64,000 nt of DNA from Podarcis vaucheri. Taxonomy: Eukaryota. A program made the position numbers and the translations under genes. The DNA is taken from assembly GCA_965113315.1 (NCBI GenBank), contig OZ220367.1. One strand, 5' to 3'. This document shows, in pieces, positions 12,310 to 25,330 of the stretch. The notes under the pieces are model-generated. The model made no database searches. It was given only the letters and a program-made list of their open reading frames with translations, and was not told where the DNA came from. The first letter of the stretch is position 1; each line of letters opens with the position of its first letter.

Positions 12310-13640
12310 TACGAATTGGAACAGAACTCAGTCATCTAGGCCAGCAACCTGCTGATGAAGGAACAAAATGACTACAGCATCCCAAATAGATGGCAATCCA
12401 GCCTCTGCTTAAATTAAAAGCCTCCAACAAAAGGAGAGTCCAACACCTTTCAAGGCAGCCTATTCCTCTGTTGAACAGCTCATACCATCAGAATGTTTTC
12501 CTAGTCTTCGGTCAAAATCGTCTTTCTTGTAATTTGTACCTGTTGGTTCAGATTCCACCCACTGGATAAATTTGGGAGTGGGGGGAGTACAATAATCTAC
12601 GTAAGAGAGCCCTTCAAATATCTAATGAGGCTCTCTTTTCATCTCTTAATAATTTCTTCTTCAAACGAACCCGATTCCTTCCATTTTTCTTCATAGGACT
12701 TCGTTTCCAGACTGTTTGTTACCTATGTCACTCTCCTCTGTATATGTTTCAGTTTGTCAAGTTGCTTCCCAAACTGCAGTATCCAGAAAAGGAGAGTTTA
12801 TTCTAGGTGAGGTCTGACCAAACCAAAATAGTTTTTACTTCTCAAGGTCTGGACACTATACTTCTATTGTATAGTGTACACTTCTATTGTATATTGTATA
12901 GATGCAGCCTAAAACTCCCTTGCCTTTTCAGCTGTCAACATGAATTGCTGGCTCATATTTAGCTTATGGTCTCCTAAAATCTCTAGATCATTTTCACATG
13001 TACTGCCATCAAACCAGATGTCATCCATGCTGTACTTGTGCCTAATTTTGCCTACTTAAATGCAGAACTTTACATTTAACTATTGAAATTCATGTTTGTC
13101 TTTGCCCAATTCTCCATCCTGACAAGTTCATCTTGAATTCTACTTCTGACACATGAGATAAGCTACCCTTCCAATTTTTTGTCATCTGCAAATTTGATGA
13201 ACATTCCTCACTATTCCTTTGTCCAAGTCATTAATGAAGATGTTGAACAACAGTGGACCAGGGCAGAATTCTGCAGCACCCCACATATTACTTCTCTCCA
13301 AGCTACTGAGGAGCCAGCGATGAGCATTCATTGAGTATGCTCCATCAGTCAACTATAAATCCCTCTAATGGTAGCATTGTTTATCCCACATTTTAGCAGC
13401 TTGCCAACAAGAATACTGTAGAGGATACTGTCAAAATCCTTGCTGAAATCAAGATATTATATGTCTACAACATTCCTTTCATCTACCCAACTAGTAGCTC
13501 TATCAACAAAACAAGAAAATAAGGTTAGTCTGGCATGACGTGCTCTTGAGAAACCCATCCTGGCTCTTTGTAATCGCAGCATTCTTTTCTAAACGCTCAC
13601 AGACTGACCACTTAATGAACTGTTTTAGACCATTCTGTGT
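12310..13640 (-). mobile_element. Degenerate CR1 LINE (RT and 3' region)
   Basis: ORF 13503..13694(-) has ITKSQDGFLKSTSCQTNLI, corresponding to CR1 QHGFxxxKSCxTNL. The plus strand has TCATCTGCAAATTT (reverse complement KFADD) near 13182-13195. Confidence 0.85.
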
Positions 13641-15299
13641 AAACATGTACAGGATTATGCTGTTATTGAATGGGACTTTCTTTTGGGTAGTCATGCATAG
13701 GATTAAGTCCCATTGACAAATGGGAAAATCACAGGCTGAACTGCAGGAAACCCCAGAGTGTTGTAAAGTAAGATTTTTAAAAATGTGCTACTTGGAACTA
13801 TTGTAACAAGGAAAGCAAAGCAATAGCTAGGTCAAGTCAGCTTTACACAAAAGAATTTAAGAAGCATGAGGAAGATCTATTCCATTTTTTAAAGAAAAAA
13901 ATCCTAAAATGGAAGTCAACAGTGCTAAATTTACAGCTTCAGAACAGGATAAAAACAGTAGCCAGTTTTTGGTGAATGGCAGAGCAAATCCTCAATCTAT
14001 AAAAAACAAAAAGGGGGGTAATTTATTCATTGCTATTAAGTATCCATTAACCTTGAATGCAGAGGTGGAAAAAATACTTCAAACACTTCAGTATTGTCAG
14101 AATGAACCCATTAGGTACCTGGGTGACAAGGTACTTCTAATTTTCCTATTTTAATCAATGTTAATTATTTTCTACAGAAGCACAAAATCAAAATGTATAT
14201 CAGCAGAATTAACGGAAGTAATCTTATAAAACCTAAGCAAGTTGGAAAAATCCACTGTAGTGCCTAAAAGTGCGAAATAATTCTTCAGCCCTCCAGAAAG
14301 TTGTATCTAGATATCTAACAGTCAGATTAGGATTTTAAGAAGCAAACATCTAGAATTATATACAGTACATCTAAAGACATTTAAGAACCTTGGCAACCAA
14401 GGCAAGTAGAGCACAGATAAGGGAAATAGGATCCGGTGCAGAATTTACCGTAAATGCAAAGCTTTCAGAATGGAACTAATCAACTGATAGTTAAAAAGCT
14501 CTCAAAGTGTTTATGAGGGAACCCATAGAATTGTGGCACCCCACTTTCCCCCTTGTCCTTACAGAGAAATTACACCCTCACTTTGGCTCTTTATGCTACA
14601 TGTATCACCCAAACAAGCTGTGTATACTCTGTAACACCTCTGTGATGCAATAGGGGTCCTTCTCTTGATCACCTTTTAACTCTTTACTAGCTTAAAAAAA
14701 CACAGAATATTAGGATATAGCTCAAAATATATCTCAAAAATGATGTATGTTGGTGGGGATTACAGAAGAAAAAAACAAGAACAATTAAAGGGCTCAACTG
14801 GATGATGCTAAACAGGAAAAAAGAGTAAGTATTCCTATCTAGTCTTTTTACAAAGAAATCCTTTTTATTCTATACTGGTCTCTGTGGTAACAACAGGGTG
14901 CCTATATTATTGTTATAACTGCCTTTCCCTTTATAGAAGGACAAAGGTTAATTGCTTTTCTGGAGGTCACCCGGCAAGCCAACATCAGAGTCAAGAACAA
15001 GACCCAAACTTCCTTATTCCGACACATTATTTAACCATTTCGTTACCACTCCCTTTCGCACCAGTGCAAAAAGCTTTAGGTTCCATTCAGATTCTTGAAT
15101 CCAGTGAGATTTACTTGGTCACTTAACCCCCATACGCCACAAGAAGTAACTAAGAGACTTCAGGTAATTCAGTGTGGCTTTCAACCCATCCTTTATGAAT
15201 ATGATTGTTTATGTAAGCTGCTTTGAGAACAAAAAACAGTAAGAACCAACAATAAATACATCAAGCAGCAGCATCTACTGTTTCGCAACCTTTTCATAC

Positions 15300-16330
15300 C
15301 ATAAAGTCTTGTGTGTGTGAACAGGTATCTTCATCAGCCTCTGGAAAATGGCAAGGAATTCCAGAGGGGATACCACTTAGAAAAGGATCTGCTCTTGTAG
15401 CCACCTAAATTAGAAGGCATTTTTTAAATTTAGGAACTAGATCTCTTTTTCTATTACTTCTGGCATCTAGTCCATTCATGATTTTAAAACTGTCAACATG
15501 TTGAATTCTGCTCAGAAACTGGAAGCCAGTTCAGTTCTTTGAGTCCTCCTATTATGTTCTCAACCTACCTAGTTCTTAATACCCTGGCCACCACATTCTG
15601 TACCAGGTGAATTTTCTGAATGAGTAAAAAATAGCCCACAAGGATTGCATTACACTAGCCCAATCTAACACCCACACCCCAGGATCAACTGCCAAGCCAG
15701 ACAGAGCTGGTAAAAGGTATTCCTAGCAACAAATGCCACCATAAAGTCAAGAAGGAATGCTTTGTCCAGATCTCCTGACTGCTGATCCACTCCTCAGAGG
15801 GATGCTACCTGGTCCGCAACAGGTCAATCACCTATCCCTCACATCAACAGAACCATCCATACCAGCATCTCCAACTCAACTGGTCTGAACTTCAGTTTAT
15901 TTGCTATCATCCAACCCATCAGGATCACTGGGATTGAAGGAAAAGAAATAAAGCTGCACACCATCAGCATTACAACATGACAAGCAACCTCCCCCTGTGA
16001 TTTTACATAGTTGTTATACACTGTATAATAAACAGCATAAGATGGATACCCCACAATATCTCTCTTCATATCACCTTCTGGAACAAGTTAACGATTGTAA
16101 CACAGTGCTGCTGACCCTCAGTCCTGACAAGTGGTCCAGAAGGATATCAAGTCAACAGTATCAAACACTGCTGTCAGATCCAGAAGAATCAAGGTCAAAA
16201 TCCATTAGCTGGCAAACGTTGTCCACCAAAGTGACCTTGGCAGTCCAAGTCCCTCTATGGGTCCTGAAGCTAGACAAATTCTAGCAAGCTTGATGATCAA
16301 CTGTGAACATCCTGCAAACTTCTGGCGTGT
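15300..16330 (-). mobile_element. Degenerate L2 LINE fragments
   Basis: The minus-strand translation GWMIANKLKFRPVELEML, and DLDSSGSDSSV*YC resembling decayed LLDLSAAFDT DNA, match L2 RT. Boundaries are approximate. Confidence 0.6.
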
Positions 16331-17361
16331 TTGAAGCCACCACCCAGGAATAAGCTTGCTAAATAATAATCTATGAGGAAGAAGTCACCAAACCCAATAT
16401 TAACTTGGGCAACACATTCTGCCTTGGCTTTTTGCAAGACTGGACACATGCTATATAAACATCAATAAGAACCTGACAATTTTATTTAAAAATTAAGCAG
16501 GTTAGATTTGCACAATTTCAGCTGCTTAAATCGGGGATAACAATTGAACAGAACCTGTGCAGAGTTGCCTACATTCAATATTATAACGTTTTGTCCTTAA
16601 TAGCAGACTGTGTTCAGTCTTGCAAAAATCCATCTTCCTTCATCTCATTTGTAACACAAACTGTTTTAAGATCAAATTAATATACTTCTACAGGGGCATT
16701 TTATGCATTCCATTTAAGCCAGGCACAAGATCAAGAGTGTGCAATACAAAGGGGAAACTCCACAGCCATGACAAGAGACTGCTGCAATGACACTGGGGTT
16801 TGCACACAAGCCAAGTTTTCCCAACTGCTAAAGGACCAGTCAAGGTTAAGAAAGAAATGCTAACTCTATACTTTCAGATGAACTAAGATAAACAATCATA
16901 TGCATCCAGTTGAGCTGAAATATCACCCAAAATGTTTAGAGTGGGATGATTTATCTCCATTTAAAATTAAGGTGCTTTTAGGCAGTGTAAGACGTACCAT
17001 CTCTGTTATTCAGGTGCACTGTTAAGCGATTCAGGTAACATAAACCGTTGACATTAGTCCTATAACGATTTATCTTGACAAATGCTGCCACTGCACTGTC
17101 AGAGGTTGTATTACCACAGTTAATACTTCAAGCAAATGTAAACCTTTCCCACCTAGGGCTGTTTTAAATATTCCACTGTTTCCATTTTTGAGCTGTAAAC
17201 AGCAAGGGGAGGGGGAGGTCAGGAAGATTTCCTGACAAACATTTTAACTGTGATAATATTCACCTTTTTTCAATATTGTTTTCTGCCATTGTTTTCCCTT
17301 TGTGACCAACCATATCTGTTCACATAACTGGGGGCAAACCAAGCCAACTGAGAGAAAGGGC

Positions 17362-17752
17362 GGTAAGGTAAGGTAGGTAAAAGTAAAGGACCCCTGGACA
17401 GTTAAGTCCAGCCAAAGGCAATTATGGGGTGCGGCATTCATCTCACTTCAGGCCGAGGGAGCCGGTGTTTGTCCACAGCTAGCTTTCTGAGTCATGTGGC
17501 CAGCATGACTAAACCACTTCTGGCACAACAGACCACCATGACGCAAGCCAGAGTGCACAGAAACACTGTTTACCTTCCCGCTGCAGTGGTACCTATTTAT
17601 CTACTTGCACTAGTGTGCTTTCTAACTGCCAGGCTGGCAGAAGCTAGAACAAAGCAACGGGAGTTCACCCCATCGCATGGATCCGAACTGCCAACCTTCT
17701 GATCGGCAAGCCCAAGAGGCTCAGGTTTATACCACAGCGCCACTCATGTCCC
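17362..17752 (-). mobile_element. Sauria SINE, near full length
   Basis: The plus strand has the (GGTAA)n tail, GGACCCCTG, GGTCATGTGGCCAGCATGACT-type core and GTACCTATTTATCTACT; the tRNA-like head is at the right end. Confidence 0.88.
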
Positions 17753-18183
17753 TAGGAAAGGAGGCAGCACACCCATGTAGAAAAAGGCTACATGAAATGA
17801 AGAGATAAAAATTGGCTTGGCATTGCTGATAAAATAGTTGAAATAGCAGGGGGAACTTTTCAACACTACTGAAAACATTCCTGAAATACAGCAAGTAGTT
17901 TCATCCCAACCCATTTATCCCCCCCCCCCAAACAAACTCTGCAAGTCCTAAGGCTGCAACTGCCTCTGTGCCTGGAAAAACAATCCCCCAGTAAGACTGC
18001 ATTTAATACCTGGTGATGGTAGATGAGCCTTTGCTGTCTGAATGCCAAATCCTTTTTAAAAATGGGTAAAGTTCATATTCCATTCTAAACTGTGCATTGA
18101 ACATTGTATTAAGCACTTGTAAGGTATTACCACAAATCCAAAATATGTATGCAGTACATTTTAAAGGGGAAATGGTTGTATTA

Positions 18184-18420
18184 CAGTAGTACCTCCGGTT
18201 ACTAACTTAATTCATTACAGAGATCCGTTCTTAACCTGAAACCGTTCTTAACCTGAGGCGTGATTTCACTAATGGGGCCTCCCGCTGCCACCGCACCGCT
18301 GGCACACAACTTCCACTCGCATCCCAGGGCAAAGTTCACTACCAGGAGCATCTACTTCCAGGTTAGCTCATTACCCAAAGCGTTCGTAAGGAGAACAGTA
18401 CATAACTTGAGGTTCCACTG
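18184..18420. mobile_element. Tc1/mariner MITE (family of 6430-6646)
   Basis: TA|CAGTAGTACCTC ... GAGGTTCCACTG|TA, with internal similarity to 6430-6646. Confidence 0.82.
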
Positions 18421-18536
18421 TACATTTTTGGGCCAGCAACTCATGCACATTGGCAAAGCATTAAAGGAATGGATAAAACTGAATAGGTACCTAACAGTTT
18501 TCAACAGAGAAGAGGGAGGGAGAGGGAGGCTAAGTA

Positions 18537-19319
18537 CCGTATTTTTCGCTCTATAACACGCACCTGACCATAACACGCACATCATTTTTAGAGGAGGAAA
18601 ACAAGGGAAAAAACATTCTGAATGAAACAGTGGATGTATCATTTTTGTGCTTCATGCTGTGGCCACAGACATGTGATCTGATGGTGAATTTGGGCTGACC
18701 CAATGCAAAGATCCTGAGGATCCATGTGGATCCATGCTTTGTAATCATGTTTTTGCACCATTGCAGCCCCAGACAACAGTGGGTGCGTGATTTGGGGGGG
18801 CAGGCTGTAGCCATGGACATGCTATGTTCTCTGGTGGTGAATTTGGGGGTGACCTAATGCAAAGATCCTGAGGATCCATGTGGATCCATGCTTTTTAGCC
18901 ACATTTTTGCACCATTGCAGCCCCAAGCAACAGTGGGTGCATGATTTTGGGGGGGGCAGGCTGTAGCCATGGACATGTTATGTGCTCTGATGGTGAATTT
19001 TGGGGTGACCCAATGCAAAGATCCATGTGGATCCATGCTTTTTAACCACATTTTTGCACCATTGCAGCCCCAGGCAACAGTGGGTGCATGATTTTTGGGG
19101 GGCAGGCTGTAGCCATGGACATGCTATGTGCTCTGATGGTGAATTTGGGGTGACCCAGTGCAAAAATCCTGAGGATCCATGTGGATCCATGCTTTTTAAC
19201 CACATTTTAAGTGGGGAGGGAAGGAAAAACACAGAAGGGCTAAGAATGCAGGAGTGGGTTATAACGGGAGGGAGGAAAGGAAGGCAAAAGTTTCCCCCAC
19301 GCACCTACCCAAGCCAGCC

Positions 19320-19371
<52 letters not shown>

Positions 19372-19711
19372 CTCCCACCTGCATGTTTTCAGCAGCACCG
19401 GAGCACAGAGAGGAAGGAACGGCACTCTGCTTTCCCCTCTTCTTGCCTGGAGGGGAGGGGCTTTCCCTGCTCTTTGTTCCGTTTCAGCAAACACAGCAAC
19501 GAAACAGAGGGGGTGGGCAGTAAGACCCTGAGGCAGAATGCAGGAAAGCAGAAACTTCCTCTTTCCAGGTTTCCCTTCTCTGTGAAGCACGGTTTGATTT
19601 TTGCCTGATTTTTCGGCTCCAGGGACCACACATTCGCTCCATAACACGCACAGACATTTCCCCTTCCTTTTTAGGAGAAAAAATCTGCGTGTTATAGAAA
19701 GAAAAATACGG
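18537..19711. mobile_element. 1.17-kb non-autonomous Tc1/mariner element (CCGTATTTTTC TIRs) with internal ~153-bp tandem array and (CT)n(GT)n
   Basis: TA|CCGTATTTTTCGCTCTATAACACGCA ... TGCGTGTTATAGAAAGAAAAATACGG|TA. Confidence 0.85.
18655..19205. repeat. Tandem repeat, ~3.5 copies of a ~146-156-bp unit
   Basis: GGTGAATTT and GGATCCATGTGGATCCATGC recur four times at ~150-bp intervals. Confidence 0.9.
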
Positions 19712-22224
19712 TACTACCCATTCATGTATTTCAATATAATACTGCCTGGGCAAGAAGTATTTTAATTAGGTCAGTAAATGCAAAGACAACACGAGTACTT
19801 CAGTCAACATGAAAATTAATGAGCAGATTGAGGTTCTGATTTCCAGTGGTAGTGGCAAAAGTAGCCTTTAAGAAAACGAGAAGGGGAACTACTTAGGACA
19901 GAATCTATTTTTTAGCAGGTCTCTTAGCCAAGGTCCTACACAGAAAAGAACAAAGCTATTTCAACAATGATCTTGCGTTTGATCGCACTAGGGATAGATT
20001 CTAGCACCCTCAACTGAGCTCTTGTTGCAAACAGTCTTGTACGTTACTAATAGTTTAGAGGTGGTATGCAGATGAAACTAAAGACCTACTATAAGGTTTC
20101 CTATGTTATTTTCTTTGAGGAAGGGATCTCACATTTCTTTGCTGATCTCTCTAACAATCCAAAATGTTTCGTGCATAAAATAAACTAGTCCTTGAGCTGC
20201 TGGGCTGCTTGCAGAGCAAAGAAAATGAGACACCCCAAGATTCTCTCCTCCCACTTAAAACTTTAGGTTTCATTATTTTATTTTCTCCTACTCAGTTCAA
20301 GGAGTTCTTTATCCATTTGTTTCATTAGGCGCAGAGCACCAGAGAGACTTTCATTCTAACAGTCGCCTTCAAAACTGTAGTTGCCACAACAACCAGATGC
20401 AGCTTAGCTGCATTGTTCTCATTTGTTAGTACCATGACACAATCGTTCCATCTTCCTACAATGAAGCAACTTTTCATTTCTACTTTTCAAGGATGTTACA
20501 TTTCCCCACAAAGATACAGATGTGCCGTGAGTGTGCATGTGTCATACATGCAAAGTTGAAAACAAGATTCTTTTGGGAGAATTGTTATACCAGATTTGTT
20601 TTGAGATGTTGACAGCAATTGCTAGAGCCAGGCTGCTGAAACATCTAAAGCTTGGCCTTTAATAATCACCAAAGTAATATAGCGCCAGACCACATCTGAG
20701 CAGGGACTCCCAATAGTGTCAGATTGTGTCAAACTGCAGGATTGTTATGGGATGCGAGCAAATGTCCACACTTGTTTTACCCAATCAAATCTGAATTAGG
20801 CTCTAGATGCAAGCCTCCTGTGTATTAACCCACTGGCCTCCCTGTTATTACCACCACCACAGACCTTCACATTTGAAGGCTAATTTTAATTCAGCAATTT
20901 GAGTTGTTGCTGCAGATCTTGCTATACAGTGCCCCACTCTCCCTTCTGATGATCCTTGTTTGAACTTTTACTCACGAGAAGTGCAAACAGGAGATGCACA
21001 CAACATGCAGACACACAACACTCACAAATATATAGATGTAGTGAATATCTGATTACACATCACCATGAGGGTATTGAACTGTATGTGTACTTGACCAATG
21101 AAACAAACACGAGTTTTCTGGTGCAAGCCCTCACAAGAGATGAGAAACAGTAACACAGTCCAACCTGCTTTAGCCATGCTTGGTATCCAGAAGATGAAAG
21201 TTGGAATCCATCTTTAGGCATGTGTATTCTGGGCTAGGAGAGAATAGACATAAGAGACCTCCTTTTACATTGAGACCTGGCTAGCCTACCCTTATTTCCA
21301 GGTGAACATAAACACCAAACACACTCTCAGCCATACACATAAAGATGCATTCTTCAGGGGAATTGCAGGGAGGCTGCTACTCTATATAGCATTAATAATA
21401 GAACCTTAGGAAAAGAAAGACGATAAAGAATGCCCAACTCACAGAGGATTTTGCGCAGGTAAACATCTCTAGAACAGTTAACCCACGTAATACAGCTATA
21501 GCGTGGCCCACCGACACCCAAGATCGTCCATTAAGCTTTTTTGGGGAGATTCTTCACGGCAGCCACGGGAATATAAGTAGTGTGGGTTTTTTTAATTAAA
21601 AAACCCCTGTGCATTCACCATCCGTGTATAAGATGGCCAATTTTTGACAAAAAAATTAAGCAAATTATTAAAGCAAAAATAAGCCAAAAATTTTTTTTGT
21701 CTCGTACATGGAAAAATACAGTAATTCACATACCATGGATGGGGATCATTGTATGCAAGCTACTTAAGGAGAATTTCTTAGGTGATGGCCATATCCCTCC
21801 AATCTACTTTATACACGTACAACATCATCTTCAGGTTCACCCTGAGAAGATCTGATCTCTTCACAGCCTACTGCTGGAAAGGGTAAGGGGTTCAAGCAGC
21901 TATGTGCTTGTTCCTTACAGCCTTTTTCATTAAAGGATGCATATGTGAGCCTATACAGCACCAAACCCCTTCATTTTCTTCTGACATGCCTGATCTAAAA
22001 CTCTATGCAAACAGGATAACCACAATTAGAGCAGTTTTTTGATGTGGGAATTCTACTTGAAGAGCACAACAACTCACAGAGCATCAGTTTAAAACAGTGA
22101 TTGTTCAAAATGTGTTCTGAAGAACGCTGGGGGTTCCTTGAAAGCTTGTGAGAGAATTCTCAATGAGAAGACCAGAAAAGGCAGGCAAGCTTCCTTAACA
22201 GTTTCCCCCACCTATTATTAATTA

Positions 22225-22399
22225 CAGTGGACGCTTGGGTTGTGAATGTGATCTGTGCAGGATGCACATTTGCAACCTGCAGTGGCACTTCTGCGCATGC
22301 GCGACTGCCAAAATCCGGAAGTAACCCGTTCTGGTACTTCATGGTTTCGGCGGTCCATAACCCGAAAAAACGCAACCTGAAGCGTCTGTAACCTGACTG
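22225..22399. mobile_element. Tc1/mariner MITE, degenerate
   Basis: TA|CAGTGG ... GTAACCTGACTG|TA, with a CpG-rich interior. Confidence 0.6.
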
Positions 22400-23129
22400 T
22401 ATTACTATTATTGTTATTAAATTTATATCCTACGCTCATTCTGAAGGAGTCCAGGGCAGCACCTTCTTCTAAAATGCACAGCCAATAGTTGTATGCATTC
22501 CAAGATGCACTATAAGTTCAGGCAGAGCAATAGTAAGGCTTAGCAGGTTTATCCAGAGCTCCATAGGTATTGATTGTAAATTCTAGAATACATTCCAGAT
22601 GTTCCACAACATACAGAGAATGAGCAGGCATTAAAACGGCAAACACAGTTCAGTGTAAGCAAGTGTAAATAATGTATAGTGGGACAAAAAAACCCTAACT
22701 TCACATATACACTTGGGACAGAATCGGCCCTGGTCACTCAAATGGATGATCTTCTTTCTGAGAGGGACTGAGGAAGTTTACCTTTGTTGCTCTTAACAGA
22801 ATATCAAAGGGTGGTGACCAAAATAAGGGCATTTTCTGCTGCTGCCCCTGTTCTGTGGGTTGCCCTTCCCTCTACCATATGTGAAGCAGCAATCTCAGTT
22901 GCTTCACACATCTCTCAGGCTTTCCCTAACCCATGAGGTTTATGTATGCAAATACCCTGAATCTCTGTATTACTTACTTTTTATATTGTTTCATTGTTTT
23001 TAGTTTGTGTTTTTGGTTTAATGAATACTGTTTTTATATTGCACATAGTGTACAGCACTTAAGAGATTTTGAAAATATTAAGCTGTTCAGAAAAGCTTCT
23101 AAATAAACAAATGCACTAATGTGGTCTGA

Positions 23130-23580
23130 ACTGGCAGCAACAGACCAGGAAAGAGAGCGTCAGGACTTAGCAGATAACTTGATGAACATGTCGACCCAGC
23201 AGCTGTGAAAAAAGGTGCATTCCGCGTTAGGGATCATTGGAAAAGGGCTTGAAAATGAAACTGCCAACAACAAAATGCTGTTATACCAATCTATGGTGCA
23301 ACCACATTTGGAACACTGTGTATAGTTCTGGTCACCACACATCAAAAAGGATGTTGCAGACTTGGAAAAGAGGTTTTAAAAGGGCAGCGCAGCCTAAAAT
23401 ATCCAGGGGCCATAGCAACTCCCTTGTGAAGAAAAGTTATGATATTTGGAGCTCTTTTTTTTAAAAAAAGTACATGATAAAGGTATATAAAATTATGCAC
23501 GGTGGGTAGAAAGTGGATAGGCACCTCTCATAATAGCAGAACCAAGAGTCAACTAATGAAGCTAGACAGTTTTAAAAAGG
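23130..23580 (+). mobile_element. Degenerate CR1 3' fragment
   Basis: Reads as decayed CR1 C-terminus: LYQSMVQPHLEHCV*FWSPHIKKD. Confidence 0.75.
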
Positions 23581-23585
23581 ATCAG

Positions 23586-23993
23586 TGTCAGGGAACTGCC
23601 ATCGGAGGGACAGGTGGTGGAAGGGCTCACGGAGGTTGGGAGAGACCCTGCAGCTGAAGCAGGAACCAGCAGGGGGAGAGGTGGGTCTCTGAGGGAAAGC
23701 GAGCAGGAGGGATGGCTCAGGGACTCTTCCAGCGAGAACAGTGGGGAGGTTTCTGGACCTCCCATAGGGAGACCCACTCCTCGCCGGAAACTGTCACGCC
23801 GTGAGTCAAGAAGACGTGTTTCCGTTAAGGAGCTTTTATGTTGGAAGCGATTCCGAAAGCAGCCACTGTCGGAATCTGCCAGTGACTAGAGGAGCCATGT
23901 TTGAGGGGCTCCGTCACAGACAGAGGTTTGTGGACTTGAGCAAACTCTGAGAGACTACGATTTTACGCACAAGCAGCTCATCATCCCATCACA
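23586..23993. mobile_element. Solo LTR (408 bp), Gypsy/ERV-type retroelement
   Basis: Begins TGTCA and ends TCACA (TG...CA). Flanked by an exact 5-bp direct repeat ATCAG (23581-23585, 23994-23998). GC/CpG-richer than its flanks. Confidence 0.75.
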
Positions 23994-25330
23994 ATCAGTA
24001 TTGTGGCTGATGCTGTCCATATGTGACTGGTACAGACTTGCATTCTCACAACAGAATTTCACCTTCTCCACCCTCAGCAAACCCTCAAAATCTGTTATGG
24101 AGGGTTGAGATCCCCTCTGGAGCAGCTTTCAGGAGCATATGGAGGGCTGCAGGAGGAAGGAGAGGAAGGAGAAATCCCACTGCATGCGTGGAAGTACTTC
24201 TTCATACAGTTCACAGTTATGGAATTTGCTGCAAGATGCAACCATTCTATACAAGTTTTACAAGCATGATCCCATGGGAACCCTCTCCACCCCATCATGC
24301 AGTGTATTACCCAGCCTAACACCTGCCAAATTCCAATTCTGTAATGTGCTGCAGCAACCCAAACATTGTATTTAATATGTAGCCTACTTCTAGGGCTGTC
24401 TCCTCAACAGTCTCCCTCCCACGATGTACTAAAGTCATTAGCTCGTTCTGATTTCAAACTGGCCATCTTTTCCCTGCAATCTTTAACTGACTTTTTGTTT
24501 TATTACCTTCCTTTACCCCTTCTTCCATTTTTAACTTAATGGATCTAGCAGTCTCTAGTGAGGTCTGAAAAGGCTGTTTTCTCAGAATGAGTCAATATTT
24601 TAAATTCTATGGAATGCATTTGTTTTCCCTCTAAAAAATAAATATAAAAATGCAGCCTTTAAAAGACAGACATTAAATTACAGACCTCAGTTCCTATTTT
24701 CTAAGCCTAATACAACCCCTGAAGGCTTACAATATTTGAATCACAGCTGGAGCCATGGTTACCATACAGTTTAAATATCAGCTTCTTTACTGTGCAATTT
24801 GTTTTAAAAATCAAATCAGAGGCTGTGTCATAAACAAGTGCTAATTAAGTAGCAAGCAAGAAGAGGGCTTTCTGTGCAAGAAAGGTTCTTAAATATCTGC
24901 CTCTCCAATCCTGTAAGAAAGGATAAATAAAGCCAGCTGGGAAAATTATGGGCCAAAACTGGCATGAGACATACACACACAAACAAAACTGTGGCTGGCA
25001 CTAACCCTCCAGTGTTATTCCTTTCAGATGAGAGTCAGGAGGCTACAGATTATGATAAGCTTCTTGCTTTTAGGTGAACAATGCCAAGTTAGCATGGCAA
25101 TGTGAATTTGATCACTTAATTCTGTGAGGGCATAAGCATATTCCTACGCAGCCTCTATGCTTCAAGCCACTCAATTCTGAAACAATAGAAATCAAAACTG
25201 CAGCTCCCTTTTGGCACCACAGAACTACTGCTGGGATGGCAGAATATTTATTATTTTTATGTAGTCCTTTGGACAGATGCATTTTGTTAACAACAAGAAC
25301 CCTGTAATTTATTGCAATCCCCTATTTGGC

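Noticed and set aside
18655-19205. CRISPR-like appearance of regularly spaced palindromic repeats
   Set aside because: The intervening sequences are also repeated (no unique spacers), the DNA is vertebrate, and there are no cas genes.
19027-19608. 193-aa ORF and overlapping ORFs
   Set aside because: They run through a tandem array and a (CT)n(GT)n microsatellite inside a MITE, with no transposase motifs.
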